64,000 nt of DNA from positions 11,487 to 75,486 of the forward strand of contig CAZOOA010000005.1 in NCBI GenBank assembly GCA_964581355.1, read 5' to 3'. Shown here one piece after another: positions 9,857 through 18,904 of this stretch. The stretch comes from an uncultured Desulfovibrionaceae bacterium (GTDB lineage Bacteria > Bacillota > Dethiobacteria > DTU022 > UBA8154). Positions within the stretch are counted from its first letter, which is position 1; the number at the start of each line of letters is the position of its first letter. Both the position numbers and the translations under genes were made by a program. The notes below the pieces were generated by a model. It saw only the letters and a program-made list of their open reading frames with translations, did not search any database and was not told where the DNA came from.

Positions 9857-10558
9857 TTGAATGTTGATATTGTGTCAGCCTTTCCCAGGATGTTTGAGAG
9901 TGTTTTCGGGGAAAGTATTATTAAGCGGACGATAGAAAAAGAACTGGTTGCCATCAGGATTTGGGATTTAAGGGATTTCACCTCGGATAAGCATCGGCAA
10001 GTGGATGACTGTCCTTTTGGCGGTGGGCCCGGTATGGTAATGAAGCCGGAACCGTTTTTCCAAGCTGTAGAGTTCATCCAGGATGGGAATAAACACCTGA
10101 CAAACCGGAGAACTCTATTAATGTCGCCCCAGGGGGCGACTTTTTCCCAGCAAAAAGCGGTTCAATTGAGCAAGGTGGAACACCTGGTTATTTTATGCGG
10201 ACATTATGAAGGGGTCGATGAAAGGGTGCGGTTGTCCCTGGTGGACGAGGAAATATCCATCGGTGATTACGTTTTAACCGGGGGGGAACTGGCTGCCATG
10301 GTCCTGGTTGATGCTGTAATTCGCTTGCTCCCCGGTGCCTTAAAAGATGCCTCACTGGAAGAAGAATCATTTTCCAGCGGTTTGCTGGAGTACCCCCAGT
10401 ACACACGCCCCCGGGAATATCGAAACATGAAAGTCCCTGACATCTTGCTTTCTGGGGACCATGAAAAAATTCGAAAGTGGAGAGAGCAAATGTCGCTGCA
10501 AAAAACCCGGGAAAGAAGGCCTGACTTGCTATCCAGGCAGGACGGCTATACAGAATAA
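9857..10558 (+). CDS. trmD: tRNA (guanine37-N1)-methyltransferase TrmD
   Basis: TTG start. FPRMFESVF...[17 protein letters not shown]...[13 protein letters not shown] are TrmD motifs. Confidence 0.9.
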   Translation: MNVDIVSAFPRMFESVFGESIIKRTIEKELVAIRIWDLRDFTSDKHRQVDDCPFGGGPGMVMKPEPFFQAVEFIQDGNKHLTNRRTLLMSPQGATFSQQKAVQLSKVEHLVILCGHYEGVDERVRLSLVDEEISIGDYVLTGGELAAMVLVDAVIRLLPGALKDASLEEESFSSGLLEYPQYTRPREYRNMKVPDILLSGDHEKIRKWREQMSLQKTRERRPDLLSRQDGYTE

Positions 10559-10725
10559 AGCGGCGATTCTATCTCCAGGGCTAAGCCTGAAATGGCGGCA
10601 ATACTATCAATTGCTATCATGATTAAAAATGTTGTTTATAACAATCTTCTGTGGTATATTTTAGAGATAGGATGATAAACTGGCACGGAAGTGGAAGTTG
10701 AAATATAAGAAAGGAGTTAGCTGCT

Positions 10726-11070
10726 ATGGATTTAGTGAAACAAGTAGAAAGTGAATATATGAAAGAAGAGGTTCCCTCTTTTGCAGTGGGAGATACGGTA
10801 AAAGTTCATTTTAAAGTTATCGAAGGAAACCGTGAAAGAATTCAGGTCTTTGAAGGTGTTGTGATCAAGAAAAAAGGTGGAGGTATTGGAGAAACATTTA
10901 CGGTGCGCCGGGTTTCTTATGGTGTTGGGATTGAGCGGGTTTTTCCTCTTCATTCACCCAAAATTGACAAGATCCAGGTGGCTCGCTGGGGAGATGTCAG
11001 GCGTTCGAAGTTGTACTTCTTAAGGCAGCTAAGGGGTAAGGCGGCCCGGATCAAGGAAAAGAAAAAATAG
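10726..11070 (+). CDS. rplS: 50S ribosomal protein L19
   Basis: [29 protein letters not shown]... is a canonical L19. Confidence 0.95.
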   Translation: MDLVKQVESEYMKEEVPSFAVGDTVKVHFKVIEGNRERIQVFEGVVIKKKGGGIGETFTVRRVSYGVGIERVFPLHSPKIDKIQVARWGDVRRSKLYFLRQLRGKAARIKEKKK

Positions 11071-11116
11071 TTGAGAGCAGATCTTCCAGGTTATTTTGGT
11101 TTACGGAGCGTTGTCT

Positions 11117-11701
11117 ATGGAGAATGATTTTTTCAACACAGAAAATGATGCCTATAAAGAGCAGTCCAGTCAAAAGAACATGAAAAAAGAAGTGGGCGAA
11201 TGGGTCCGCTCTATTGTGTTGGCCATCGTTATTGCGGTGGTCATACGCATGTTTTTTTTCGAAACGTTTCTTGTGGACGGGACATCTATGTTTCCTACAC
11301 TACAGCATAATGAACGCCTGGTAGTCAATAAAGCGGTTTACTATTTCAGGGAACCCCAGGAGGGCGAAATCATTGTTTTTAATTATCAACCAAGGCCTCG
11401 CCGGGACTTCATTAAGCGTGTAGTGGCTACGGAGGGGGACACTGTTGAAATTCGAGACGGGGATCTTCTTGTTAACGATCAAGTGGTTGAAGAACCTTAT
11501 ATCAAAAAGAATTCCATGAGGGACTTTGGCCCCGTCGAAATACCTGAGGAGCACCTCTTTGTTTTGGGTGATAACCGCAATAACAGCATGGATAGCCGCG
11601 ACAAGGAAGTAGGTGCTGTTTCCCTGGAGCAGGTTAGAGGAAAAGCGCTTGTAGTCTTTTGGCCGCCCTTCGAAGTCAGGGCTTTGGGGGAAGAATCATG
11701 A
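11117..11701 (+). CDS. lepB: signal peptidase I
   Basis: A TM segment followed by GTSMFPTL (Ser box), KRVVATEGD and GDNRNNSMDSR boxes. GGAG RBS lies 9 nt upstream of the ATG at 11117. The ORF track's TTG at 11096 is less likely. Confidence 0.85.
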   Translation: MENDFFNTENDAYKEQSSQKNMKKEVGEWVRSIVLAIVIAVVIRMFFFETFLVDGTSMFPTLQHNERLVVNKAVYYFREPQEGEIIVFNYQPRPRRDFIKRVVATEGDTVEIRDGDLLVNDQVVEEPYIKKNSMRDFGPVEIPEEHLFVLGDNRNNSMDSRDKEVGAVSLEQVRGKALVVFWPPFEVRALGEES

Positions 11702-12546
11702 GTGGAGAACGCCCTTCCGGTGTGATGCTCAAAGAAGAGAAACGTCTGTTACAGCACCTCAAGCATGTAGACTTGGTGGTGGAAGCCCTGGATGCACGCC
11801 TGCCAAAAACAAGCAGGAACTACCGGTTTTTAAATGCTCTTGCAAGTAAAAAGAGAGTGGTTTTGTTAAATAAAGCAGATCTGGCGGATCAAGATGTTAC
11901 GGGTCAATGGATTAACTTTCTGGGAAAAGAACATTGGCCCGTTTTGGCGTTTTCCAGCAAAACCAATCGTGATCTAAAGCGCTTTGAGTCCCTGCTTATG
12001 AAGCAGCGTCCCCAAAATATGAAATTTAAGCGCCCTTTACGGTTAATTGTTGTGGGCATCCCCAACGTGGGAAAATCATCGGTCATAAACCGCCTGGCAC
12101 ATAAACTGGCTGCGAGAACAGGCAATACACCCGGTGTTACACGGGGGCCTCAGTGGATCCGCTTGAGAGCAGGCTGGGAGATGCTCGATACTCCAGGCTT
12201 GCTTTCACCAAACCTGGACCCTGAAAAAGCTTCCCCTGGGCTGGCTGTTATTGGGGCCATTAGTCCCCGGGCTTATGATCATGAAACAGTTGCCCAATGG
12301 CTGTTGGATTGCCTGCTCCAAAAGGAGCGATACCGCAAGTTATTGCAGGATTATTATGGGCTGGAACCTGCTGGGCCCGATGAAGGCACAGAAACTTACC
12401 TAAAGCGCATTGGACAATCCCGGAGACTGCTGGGTCCGGGAGGGGATGTTAGTAAGGAAAAATCATCCCAGGTTTTATTAAAAGATTTTCGGAAAGGAGC
12501 GCTGGGGCGCATAACCCTGGAAAGCCCTGGAGATGTAGATGAATAG
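11698..12546 (+). CDS. rbgA: ribosome biogenesis GTPase A (YlqF/RbgA)
   Basis: Circularly permuted GTPase: NKADL precedes GIPNVGKSS. The ATG overlaps the lepB stop. Confidence 0.9.
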   Translation: MSGERPSGVMLKEEKRLLQHLKHVDLVVEALDARLPKTSRNYRFLNALASKKRVVLLNKADLADQDVTGQWINFLGKEHWPVLAFSSKTNRDLKRFESLLMKQRPQNMKFKRPLRLIVVGIPNVGKSSVINRLAHKLAARTGNTPGVTRGPQWIRLRAGWEMLDTPGLLSPNLDPEKASPGLAVIGAISPRAYDHETVAQWLLDCLLQKERYRKLLQDYYGLEPAGPDEGTETYLKRIGQSRRLLGPGGDVSKEKSSQVLLKDFRKGALGRITLESPGDVDE

Positions 12547-13327
12547 TCACAGCCGAACCAACTTTTCGTCATGGACAGTCAAAGAAATAGAACAATATTT
12601 ACTGGAGAACCCTGTAATTGACAGCACAGTCATCAGTCAATTACAGAGTGATCCCAGGAAAGGTGTCCGGGAACGGGTAGCCCGTTACTTTAAACGTCGA
12701 AATAATGACCTGAAAGGCCTGGAACGTTTAAACAGGTTAACCCGGAAAGAAAGACTGCTTGAGGAGCAAGGCTTTGCCTGTATAGCCGGTGTTGATGAAG
12801 CCGGAAGAGGTCCCTTGGCCGGCCCTGTAGTTGCAGCTGCTGTTATTCTCAAAGAAAAGCCCTATGGTTTATTTAAGTATGTTGACGATTCGAAAAAACT
12901 ATCCCCGAAAAAAAGAAAAGAGTTGTATGAAACGATAATAAAACATGCTCTTGCAGTAAATACTGCAGTAATCGGAACAGAGAGAATCGACCAGGTGAAC
13001 ATCTTTCAAGCTTCCCTGGAAGCAATGCACCAATCAATTATCGGCCTTTCTGTTTCCCCTGATTTTATCCTGACGGATGGTTTTAAAATCCCGGAGTTGA
13101 GTATTGCACAAGAGGCGATCAAAGGTGGCGACTCCCTATGTTTATCTATTTCTGCAGCCTCTATTATTGCCAAAGTAACCAGGGATAAAATAATGGAAGA
13201 ATACGGTTATTGCTACCAGGGTTATGGTTTTGAGCAAAATAAGGGGTATCCCACAGCAGAACACAAAAGAGCGATTAAAGAATTGGGGCCCACACCAATA
13301 CATAGACGCAGCTTTTCCCTGGATTAG
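12539..13327 (+). CDS. rnhB: ribonuclease HII
   Basis: IAGVDEAGRGPLAGPVVAAAVIL catalytic motif. Has a Bacillus-type N-terminal extension. Confidence 0.9.
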   Translation: MNSHSRTNFSSWTVKEIEQYLLENPVIDSTVISQLQSDPRKGVRERVARYFKRRNNDLKGLERLNRLTRKERLLEEQGFACIAGVDEAGRGPLAGPVVAAAVILKEKPYGLFKYVDDSKKLSPKKRKELYETIIKHALAVNTAVIGTERIDQVNIFQASLEAMHQSIIGLSVSPDFILTDGFKIPELSIAQEAIKGGDSLCLSISAASIIAKVTRDKIMEEYGYCYQGYGFEQNKGYPTAEHKRAIKELGPTPIHRRSFSLD

Positions 13328-13342
13328 TGGGGTGAAGGCTTC

Positions 13343-13732
13343 TTGGAAAAGAAAACCGGAGCAAAAGGCTATAAAAAAAGGATTGGGAAAGCGGGAGAAA
13401 AGGTCGCCAGGTTGTTTTTGGAACAGGAATGCGGTTGGAAAATTATTGAGCAAAATTTCTCCTGCTCCCTGGGTGAAATAGACCTGGTTGCCCAGGATGG
13501 CAGTACGGTTGTTTTTGTGGAAGTCCGCTCCACAGGAACTGCTAATTTTGATTTGGTCGAGGAATCTATCAACTGGCAGAAGCAAAAAAAGATAAAACAA
13601 CTGGCTTTGTTTTATCTAAAAAAACAGAAGAACCTTGCTGTTCTTTCCTCTCGTTTTGATGTTCTGCTGGTACAGATCAATCCTGAAACAATGGAAAAAC
13701 AACGGATCCATTGGATCAAGGACGCTTTTTAG
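13343..13732 (+). CDS. yraN: UPF0102 / YraN-family endonuclease
   Basis: GEIDLVAQDGSTVVFVEVRS matches the YraN core. Conserved position after rnhB. Confidence 0.8.
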   Translation: MEKKTGAKGYKKRIGKAGEKVARLFLEQECGWKIIEQNFSCSLGEIDLVAQDGSTVVFVEVRSTGTANFDLVEESINWQKQKKIKQLALFYLKKQKNLAVLSSRFDVLLVQINPETMEKQRIHWIKDAF

Positions 13733-13794
13733 AAATCCGGTGGGAATCCTCGGGATCTATTGACCACGTGAGGATATCATTCTTAAAGTTCTTT

Positions 13795-13940
13795 GTAACT
13801 GCTCAGCGCTATTTGTAAGCGAAGCTGTGGGGACAGTTTTCGCGCTTCCGGAGCGCAGCGGAGGACCGACAGGGAAAGCGCGAGAACCGTCCCCCTGCTT
13901 TGCGGCGTGTTGTGGAATCATATAAGGGCTGAGCAGTTAC
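13795..13940. mobile_element. MITE-like non-autonomous element, copy 1: 146 bp, 13-bp TIRs GTAACTGCTCAGC/GCTGAGCAGTTAC, perfect 8-bp TSD AGTTCTTT (13787-13794 and 13941-13948)
   Basis: About 85% identical to the second copy at 57498-57643. The TIRs and the flanking direct repeat were read directly from the sequence. Internal long hairpin GGGGACAGTTTTCGCGCTT...AAGCGCGAGAACCGTCCCC. Confidence 0.75.
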
Positions 13941-14545
13941 AGTTCTTTTAGATCTGTGGCAATGGCATTTAAATGCCAGAGTATATCCTCAAACGCATCC
14001 AGCATTTGTAAGAAAACAGAGGAGGCTTGAGCGGGACAGATGCCCTGGCTTAGCCTTTCTTCATGCTCGATGGCGTAACGCCGCGAAATAAGCTCGTACT
14101 TGTTGGTTTCCTTAAATATATAGCGAAACAGAACAGGGTTCATGTTGACCAACAAGTCATTCAGGTAGCTATAGATGGCTTTTACCCCCTGGAACAGCTC
14201 TTCCATTTCCATGGCTGCAGTATGGGTAAAACGAATATCGTTCTTGTTTTTAATCCGGGTGAAGTTAATCAGTTTTTCATGATCAAATTTAAGTTTCTGC
14301 ATGTGAACTAACAGGGAATACAGCAAAGCGTATTCTTCCCGTGTGATATCATCCAGTTCCTTTAATTTTTGGGAAAGGGTATTAACAAGCTGGGCGATTT
14401 CCCGGTTCTTCTCTTCGGCGCTGCTCAATGCTTCTTCATTGCGATTAATATACCCTTCAAATGTGTCGTGCATGATTTCATTGGCGCTGGTTGATATATC
14501 TTTAAGTAGGTTTACAACATCAACATCATGAAATATCTTGGCCAT
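13937..14545 (-). CDS. hypothetical all-alpha protein (202 aa). Its stop codon lies inside the MITE terminal inverted repeat
   Basis: Long ORF, convergent with yraN. I do not recognise any family motif; a tentative PhoU/DUF47-like idea was dropped because there is no DRED motif. The C-terminus ...DLKEL* is encoded across the TSD/TIR boundary. Confidence 0.55.
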   Translation of the reverse strand: MAKIFHDVDVVNLLKDISTSANEIMHDTFEGYINRNEEALSSAEEKNREIAQLVNTLSQKLKELDDITREEYALLYSLLVHMQKLKFDHEKLINFTRIKNKNDIRFTHTAAMEMEELFQGVKAIYSYLNDLLVNMNPVLFRYIFKETNKYELISRRYAIEHEERLSQGICPAQASSVFLQMLDAFEDILWHLNAIATDLKEL

Positions 14546-14651
14546 AAAGCCTCACCTCCCTAAAAAATTATATCATAAAACGGGATATTTTTAAACCTTG
14601 TTTGGACAGGACAGGCATTACAGGAACTATCTTGGAAAGGGGATAGGATGA

Positions 14652-16187
14652 ATGCTTTCAAAAGTGACAACCTGCACTCTGATAGGCGTGGAAGGGCATG
14701 AGGTTTTTGTGGAGACGGATATTGCCAACGGCCTGCCCAATTTTAACCTGGTTGGTTTGGCGGCTCCTTCCATTAAAGAAGCCAGGGAGCGGGTACGGGC
14801 AGCAATTAAAAATAGCGGGTTTGAATTTCCAGCCAAAAGAATTACAGTGAACCTGGCCCCGGCTGATTTAAAAAAGGATGGCTCATCTTTTGACCTGGCT
14901 ATCGCAGCGGGTATCCTGGCTGCAACGGGACAGGTTCCGCTAACCTCCCTGCAGGGTAAAATCTTTGCCGGTGAACTGTCCCTTGATGGGCAGTTGCGCA
15001 ACATCCCCGGTGTTCTTGCCATGGCATTGTCTTTAAAAGAAAACCAGGGCCAGGGGAACTCCTATTTTTTTGTCCCCAGGGACAATGCCCCGGAAGCCTC
15101 CATTGTTAAAGGAGCACAAGCTGTTGGGGTGTCCAGCTTAAGGGAGCTGGCAGGTCTATTAAGGGGTGAAACTGAATTATCAGCATCTTCGGGGCGAATG
15201 GATCCCCCGGATGCCTCAGCAGCAGAACAGATGCAGGTAGACTTTCAGGAAGTAAAAGGACATCTTACTGTAAAAAGGGCTTTGGAAATAGCTGCAGCCG
15301 GGGGACACAACGTTCTGCTGACCGGGCCTCCCGGGACCGGAAAAACAATGCTGGCAAGAAGAATCCCTACCATCCTCCCGGCCATGACCATGGATGAATG
15401 CTTGGAAGTCACCCGGATCCACAGTGTAGCCGGGCTGGTCAAACCCCAACAACCCCTGCTAACTAGCAGGCCATTTCGCTCTCCTCACCATTCGGCTACT
15501 GCAGCCAGTATCCTTGGAGGCGGTCGAATTCCAAAACCGGGAGAAGTGAGCCTGGCCCACCGGGGCGTATTATTCCTGGATGAATTTCCTGAATACCCCA
15601 GGGAAGTATTGGAAGGGCTCCGGCAGCCCCTGGAGGACGGTCAGGTACATATTGCCCGCTCTGAGCTAACAGTTTCTTTCCCCTGCCAGTTTATGCTGGT
15701 GGCATCGAGCAACCCGTGTTACTGCGGTTTTTTCGGGCATCCCAGAAAAGCTTGCAGCTGTTCCGAATCCCAACTGCGGCGCTATCAGCTCAAATCTTCC
15801 GGGCCTCTCATGGACCGGATTGATCTGCACATCGAAGTTCCTCCCATGGAATACAGCGAACTGGAGCAGGCTGGAGAAGGTGAAAGCTCTGCTGCCATCA
15901 GGACCAGGGTTGAACAGGCGCGAGAGAAACAACGCGAAAGGTTTAGACATATCCAGGTTGACTGCAACGCTAATATTTCCCACCGTTACCTGAAACAACA
16001 CTGCTGGTTAAGCGTTGAAGCCCAGGCCATTCTGCGCCGGGCCTTCGATTCACTATCTCTGTCCATGAGGGCTCATGACCGGGTAATTAAAGTGGCCCAG
16101 ACTATTGCCGATTTGGAGTCAGAAAAAGAGATCACCGCCTCACACATTGCAGAGGCGATTCAATACCGAAATATGGATAGAAATTAA
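14652..16187 (+). CDS. comM: YifB/ComM-family Mg-chelatase-like AAA+ ATPase
   Basis: N-terminal Lon-like domain, Walker A LLTGPPGTGKTM, VLFLDEFPE, and a C-terminal Mg-chelatase ChlI-like region. 511 aa. Confidence 0.9.
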   Translation: MLSKVTTCTLIGVEGHEVFVETDIANGLPNFNLVGLAAPSIKEARERVRAAIKNSGFEFPAKRITVNLAPADLKKDGSSFDLAIAAGILAATGQVPLTSLQGKIFAGELSLDGQLRNIPGVLAMALSLKENQGQGNSYFFVPRDNAPEASIVKGAQAVGVSSLRELAGLLRGETELSASSGRMDPPDASAAEQMQVDFQEVKGHLTVKRALEIAAAGGHNVLLTGPPGTGKTMLARRIPTILPAMTMDECLEVTRIHSVAGLVKPQQPLLTSRPFRSPHHSATAASILGGGRIPKPGEVSLAHRGVLFLDEFPEYPREVLEGLRQPLEDGQVHIARSELTVSFPCQFMLVASSNPCYCGFFGHPRKACSCSESQLRRYQLKSSGPLMDRIDLHIEVPPMEYSELEQAGEGESSAAIRTRVEQAREKQRERFRHIQVDCNANISHRYLKQHCWLSVEAQAILRRAFDSLSLSMRAHDRVIKVAQTIADLESEKEITASHIAEAIQYRNMDRN

Positions 16188-16249
16188 GAAATTAATGGGG
16201 TCAGGGCTTGAAATATAAGTTTAGGATGAAAAACCGTGTCTTGCTGCTG

Positions 16250-16640
16250 TCGTCCGGGCGACTGGGTAACCCTGTGGAAGGCGCTAAGGTTCCCTCAGGG
16301 TCCCCGGGCGGCCTTCCCGGTTTAACTCCCGTCCGGGTCGTTCCCGGCGGCCGACGTCCTGTCGGCCGGGACCGCCCGAGAACCTTCGGTCACCAAGCGC
16401 CTTTGGCCACAGAGACCAACGTCGCCGGACAAATGCGCCATCTCCCCGGTTAAGAGGGCGGAGTGTTGAAAACCAGCCCTTCGGCCGCAAGCAAGGTTTT
16501 TCATCTCCTGTTGTGGCCCGTAAGGGACGTGGCGGTCAGCATGAAAATGACAGCGTTGGCGCATGCCGGACCAGCCGGTTTAGGTTTGCTGCAGGCAATT
16601 TAAGCTGCCCTACTCGGTCCTCCGGGGATCGTTTCCCGGT
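16250..16640. other. ~400-bp GC-rich (>60% GC vs ~45% background) highly self-complementary non-coding element of unknown class; candidate large structured RNA
   Basis: No credible ORF is present (only overlapping low-complexity frames). Nested long-range helices were seen, for example AAGGCGCT(16278-85)/AGCGCCTT(16396-403), AAGGTTC(16286-92)/GAACCTT(16380-86), GGCCGAC-gtcct-GTCGGCC(16349-67), GGCCACA(16405-11)/TGTGGCC(16512-18), ATGCGCC(16433-39)/GGCGCAT(16558-64). Strand not determined. Confidence 0.4.
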
Positions 16641-16675
16641 ATGAAGACAAACAGTGATTTCAAGATCAGCCCCCA

Positions 16676-16707
16676 TTTTTGAACATTTTTGAACATTTTT
16701 GAAAAAG
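16676..16707. repeat. tandem direct repeat TTGAACATTTT, 2.5 copies
   Basis: tttttGAACATTTTTGAACATTTTTGAAAAAg sits about 180 bp upstream of the MCP-like gene. Confidence 0.5.
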
Positions 16708-16882
16708 AAAGAGGAATTTTATATGGCTTATCGAATTAAAAGAAAACGCTGACCTGTAAAAATAAAAGGCAGCTATGTTTTTACCATCAAAAGTCAGTAT
16801 ATTTTAACATGCTTGAATTATCTATTAGAGGGGGGAGACAAGCCGGGGAAGAATTGTTAATATCTTTCCGGGTGGTTTAATT

Positions 16883-17734
16883 ATGGAAAAGGTTAATAAT
16901 AACAGTAATGACGCCCAAGGGAATATCATGGACACTTTGATTTCGGTAGCGCCAGTGATCCAACAGGCGATTTTCCTGGACAATGTTATAGTTATTACAG
17001 ATCGGGAAAAGTATATTCACATACTTAGTGGAAAAGAGATCAATCTTGACGATCTGGTGGGTAAATTTTTAGATGAAAAGGAAATTATGTACAGGGCGGT
17101 CAACCAGGGAAAGATCATCACTGCTGAAGTTCCCAAAAAATATTATGGCACTCCTTTTAAAGCTTCAGGTGTTCCTATCAGAGACCAGAACAACCAGATT
17201 GTCGGCGGCTTTGGTATTGGCATTTCCCTGGTGAGCCAGAAAATATTGACAGAAACAACGAATACTTTTTTATCAACGACTCAGCAGGTTACGGCTACAG
17301 CCCAAGAACTGGCCGGTACAGCCGAAGAGTTGGCAGGTGAGATGGAAACTCTTAGTTCTCTGGAAGGAGAAGTTATGTCCCATGTCAACAAAACAGATAC
17401 AATTTTGGCTTTAATTAATAAAGTCGCTTCCAATTCCAACCTTTTAGGTTTAAACGCCTCCATTGAAGCGGCCAGGGCGGGGGAACACGGCAGGGGGTTC
17501 AATGTGGTGGCCGAAGAAATTCGCAAAATGGCCGACAGCAGTACTCAATCGGTTGGGGAAATTCAAGAAATACTGGATGCTACAAAAGAGAAAGTGACCA
17601 AAATGGCTGAAGAAATTGAAAAGATAAAGGAAATAAGCCAGCATCAGGCAGCAGCAACGGAAGAGATCTCTGCTTCCATGCAGGAAATGGCCAGTTCCGT
17701 TGATAAGCTTGAACAAGTTTCCCAAATTCTATAA
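16883..17734 (+). CDS. soluble methyl-accepting chemotaxis protein-like signalling protein (uncharacterised N-terminal domain plus a short MCP signalling domain)
   Basis: [31 protein letters not shown] is the MCP highly conserved domain. No TM segments and no adjacent che genes. Confidence 0.8.
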   Translation: MEKVNNNSNDAQGNIMDTLISVAPVIQQAIFLDNVIVITDREKYIHILSGKEINLDDLVGKFLDEKEIMYRAVNQGKIITAEVPKKYYGTPFKASGVPIRDQNNQIVGGFGIGISLVSQKILTETTNTFLSTTQQVTATAQELAGTAEELAGEMETLSSLEGEVMSHVNKTDTILALINKVASNSNLLGLNASIEAARAGEHGRGFNVVAEEIRKMADSSTQSVGEIQEILDATKEKVTKMAEEIEKIKEISQHQAAATEEISASMQEMASSVDKLEQVSQIL

Positions 17735-17911
17735 TTGTGTCGCTTAAATTGGGCCAAACATCTTTCAGCCGTCCTTTGGCCCCACCGAGTACAGGCGGCA
17801 AGGCCTCAGCCCTGGAAAACTGCTAATGTCAATCCTCGCAGTTTGAGGATCTTTACTGCTGTACAGGTTTCGGTTAAATATCACATCTTATATTAAGGAG
17901 AGGAACATTTC

Positions 17912-18322
17912 ATGGACTATTGCCAGGAGATCATGGAAAAATACAGTAAAGATCTTTTTCCCCAAAGCCTGGGTATTGAAATAATATACCTTTCCCCTGG
18001 AAGCTGCCAGGTGCAAATGGTAGTCAAAGATGAAATGACCAATTTTCATCAAATTACCCATGGAGGTGCCCTTTTCACCCTGGCGGATACGGCCTTTGGA
18101 TTAGCCTCCAACTCCAGGGGGCCTGCCGTTGCCCTGCAGGTCAGCGTCAACTTTATGACTTCTTCCAGGGGAGGGCAGACCCTGGTGGCCACCGCCAGGG
18201 AAGAGCACCTGACGAGATCAACAGGGATTTATAATGTGGATGTGCAAGATGAAAGGGGGGAGGCTATTATGCTTTTTCGTGGTGTGGTTTATAGGTTCAA
18301 GGGAAAAAATAATATATTTTGA
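17912..18322 (+). CDS. PaaI/hotdog-fold thioesterase
   Basis: HGGALFTLADTAFGLA is a PaaI-family hotdog motif. 136 aa. Confidence 0.8.
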   Translation: MDYCQEIMEKYSKDLFPQSLGIEIIYLSPGSCQVQMVVKDEMTNFHQITHGGALFTLADTAFGLASNSRGPAVALQVSVNFMTSSRGGQTLVATAREEHLTRSTGIYNVDVQDERGEAIMLFRGVVYRFKGKNNIF

Positions 18323-18584
18323 ATCAGGCAAACTTTTTATCCTTTCCCATCAGACTGGCTGAAAGTTTACGGCGAAAGTCCGTGGAAGTATCTTAACGGT
18401 AAACAATACATATGTAGTCCTTAATTAGCCTTGCGTTAAAAGCGGGCTTTTTTGCTGCAGGCTTCCTTTTACACTTTCCAGCGGGCCCAGAAAGTGATAA
18501 CATAGAACTGGTTTAAACCCGTTTAAAATATTTCCCGGGCAAGCGCAAATTACGACGAATAACTCTAATTTGGAGGGGCTTTGC

Positions 18585-18887
18585 ATGAAAACCGAGCAAT
18601 CCCAGGCGATTAAAGGAAACCGCATAATTATCAGTGTGATCGGGCCGGACCGGGTTGGGATCATTGCTGGAGTGGCCAATGTTTTGGCTGATAACGAGAT
18701 CAATATTTTGGATATCAGCCAGACGACCCTGCAGGAATACCTGGCTATGGTCTTGATAGCAGATATGGCCAAAAGCCGGATCGACTTGGATACATTGAAG
18801 GAAGAGTTACATACAAAGGGCAAGGAATTGGGTGTTCGTATCGACGCACAGCATGAAGAAGTTTTTAATTTTATGCACCGGATTTAA
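18585..18887 (+). CDS. ACT-domain protein (UPF0237 family)
   Basis: [33 protein letters not shown] has the ACT fold pattern. GGAGGG RBS before the ATG at 18585. Forms a conserved pair with the downstream UPF0210 gene. Confidence 0.75.
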   Translation: MKTEQSQAIKGNRIIISVIGPDRVGIIAGVANVLADNEINILDISQTTLQEYLAMVLIADMAKSRIDLDTLKEELHTKGKELGVRIDAQHEEVFNFMHRI

Positions 18888-18904
18888 TGCCATGGAGGAA
18901 AAAA

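Noticed and set aside
13224-13481. 85-aa + ORF spanning the rnhB/yraN junction.
   Set aside because: Out-of-frame overlap with two conserved genes, and a Lys/Arg-rich translation. Spurious.
16208-16564. ORFs 16208-16453(+), 16284-16490(-) and 16322-16564(-) inside the GC-rich element.
   Set aside because: They overlap one another on both strands, have low-complexity Gly/Pro/Arg-rich translations typical of random GC-rich DNA, and have no RBS.
16200-16650. Tried to assign the GC-rich element to RNase P RNA, tmRNA, SRP RNA, a cobalamin riboswitch or a c-di-GMP riboswitch.
   Set aside because: Hallmark motifs are absent: GGAAAGTCCGGGC and ACAGAANCCGGCTTA for RNase P, a T-arm GGTTCGANTCC plus CCA for tmRNA, and GGAAGGAAGCAGC with a GNRA loop for SRP RNA. 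There are only weak partial similarities, so it is left unclassified rather than mis-called.
16713-16742. Mini-ORF MAYRIKRKR* with a good RBS.
   Set aside because: Nine codons is too short to call as a gene. It is mentioned only as a possible leader peptide in the findings.
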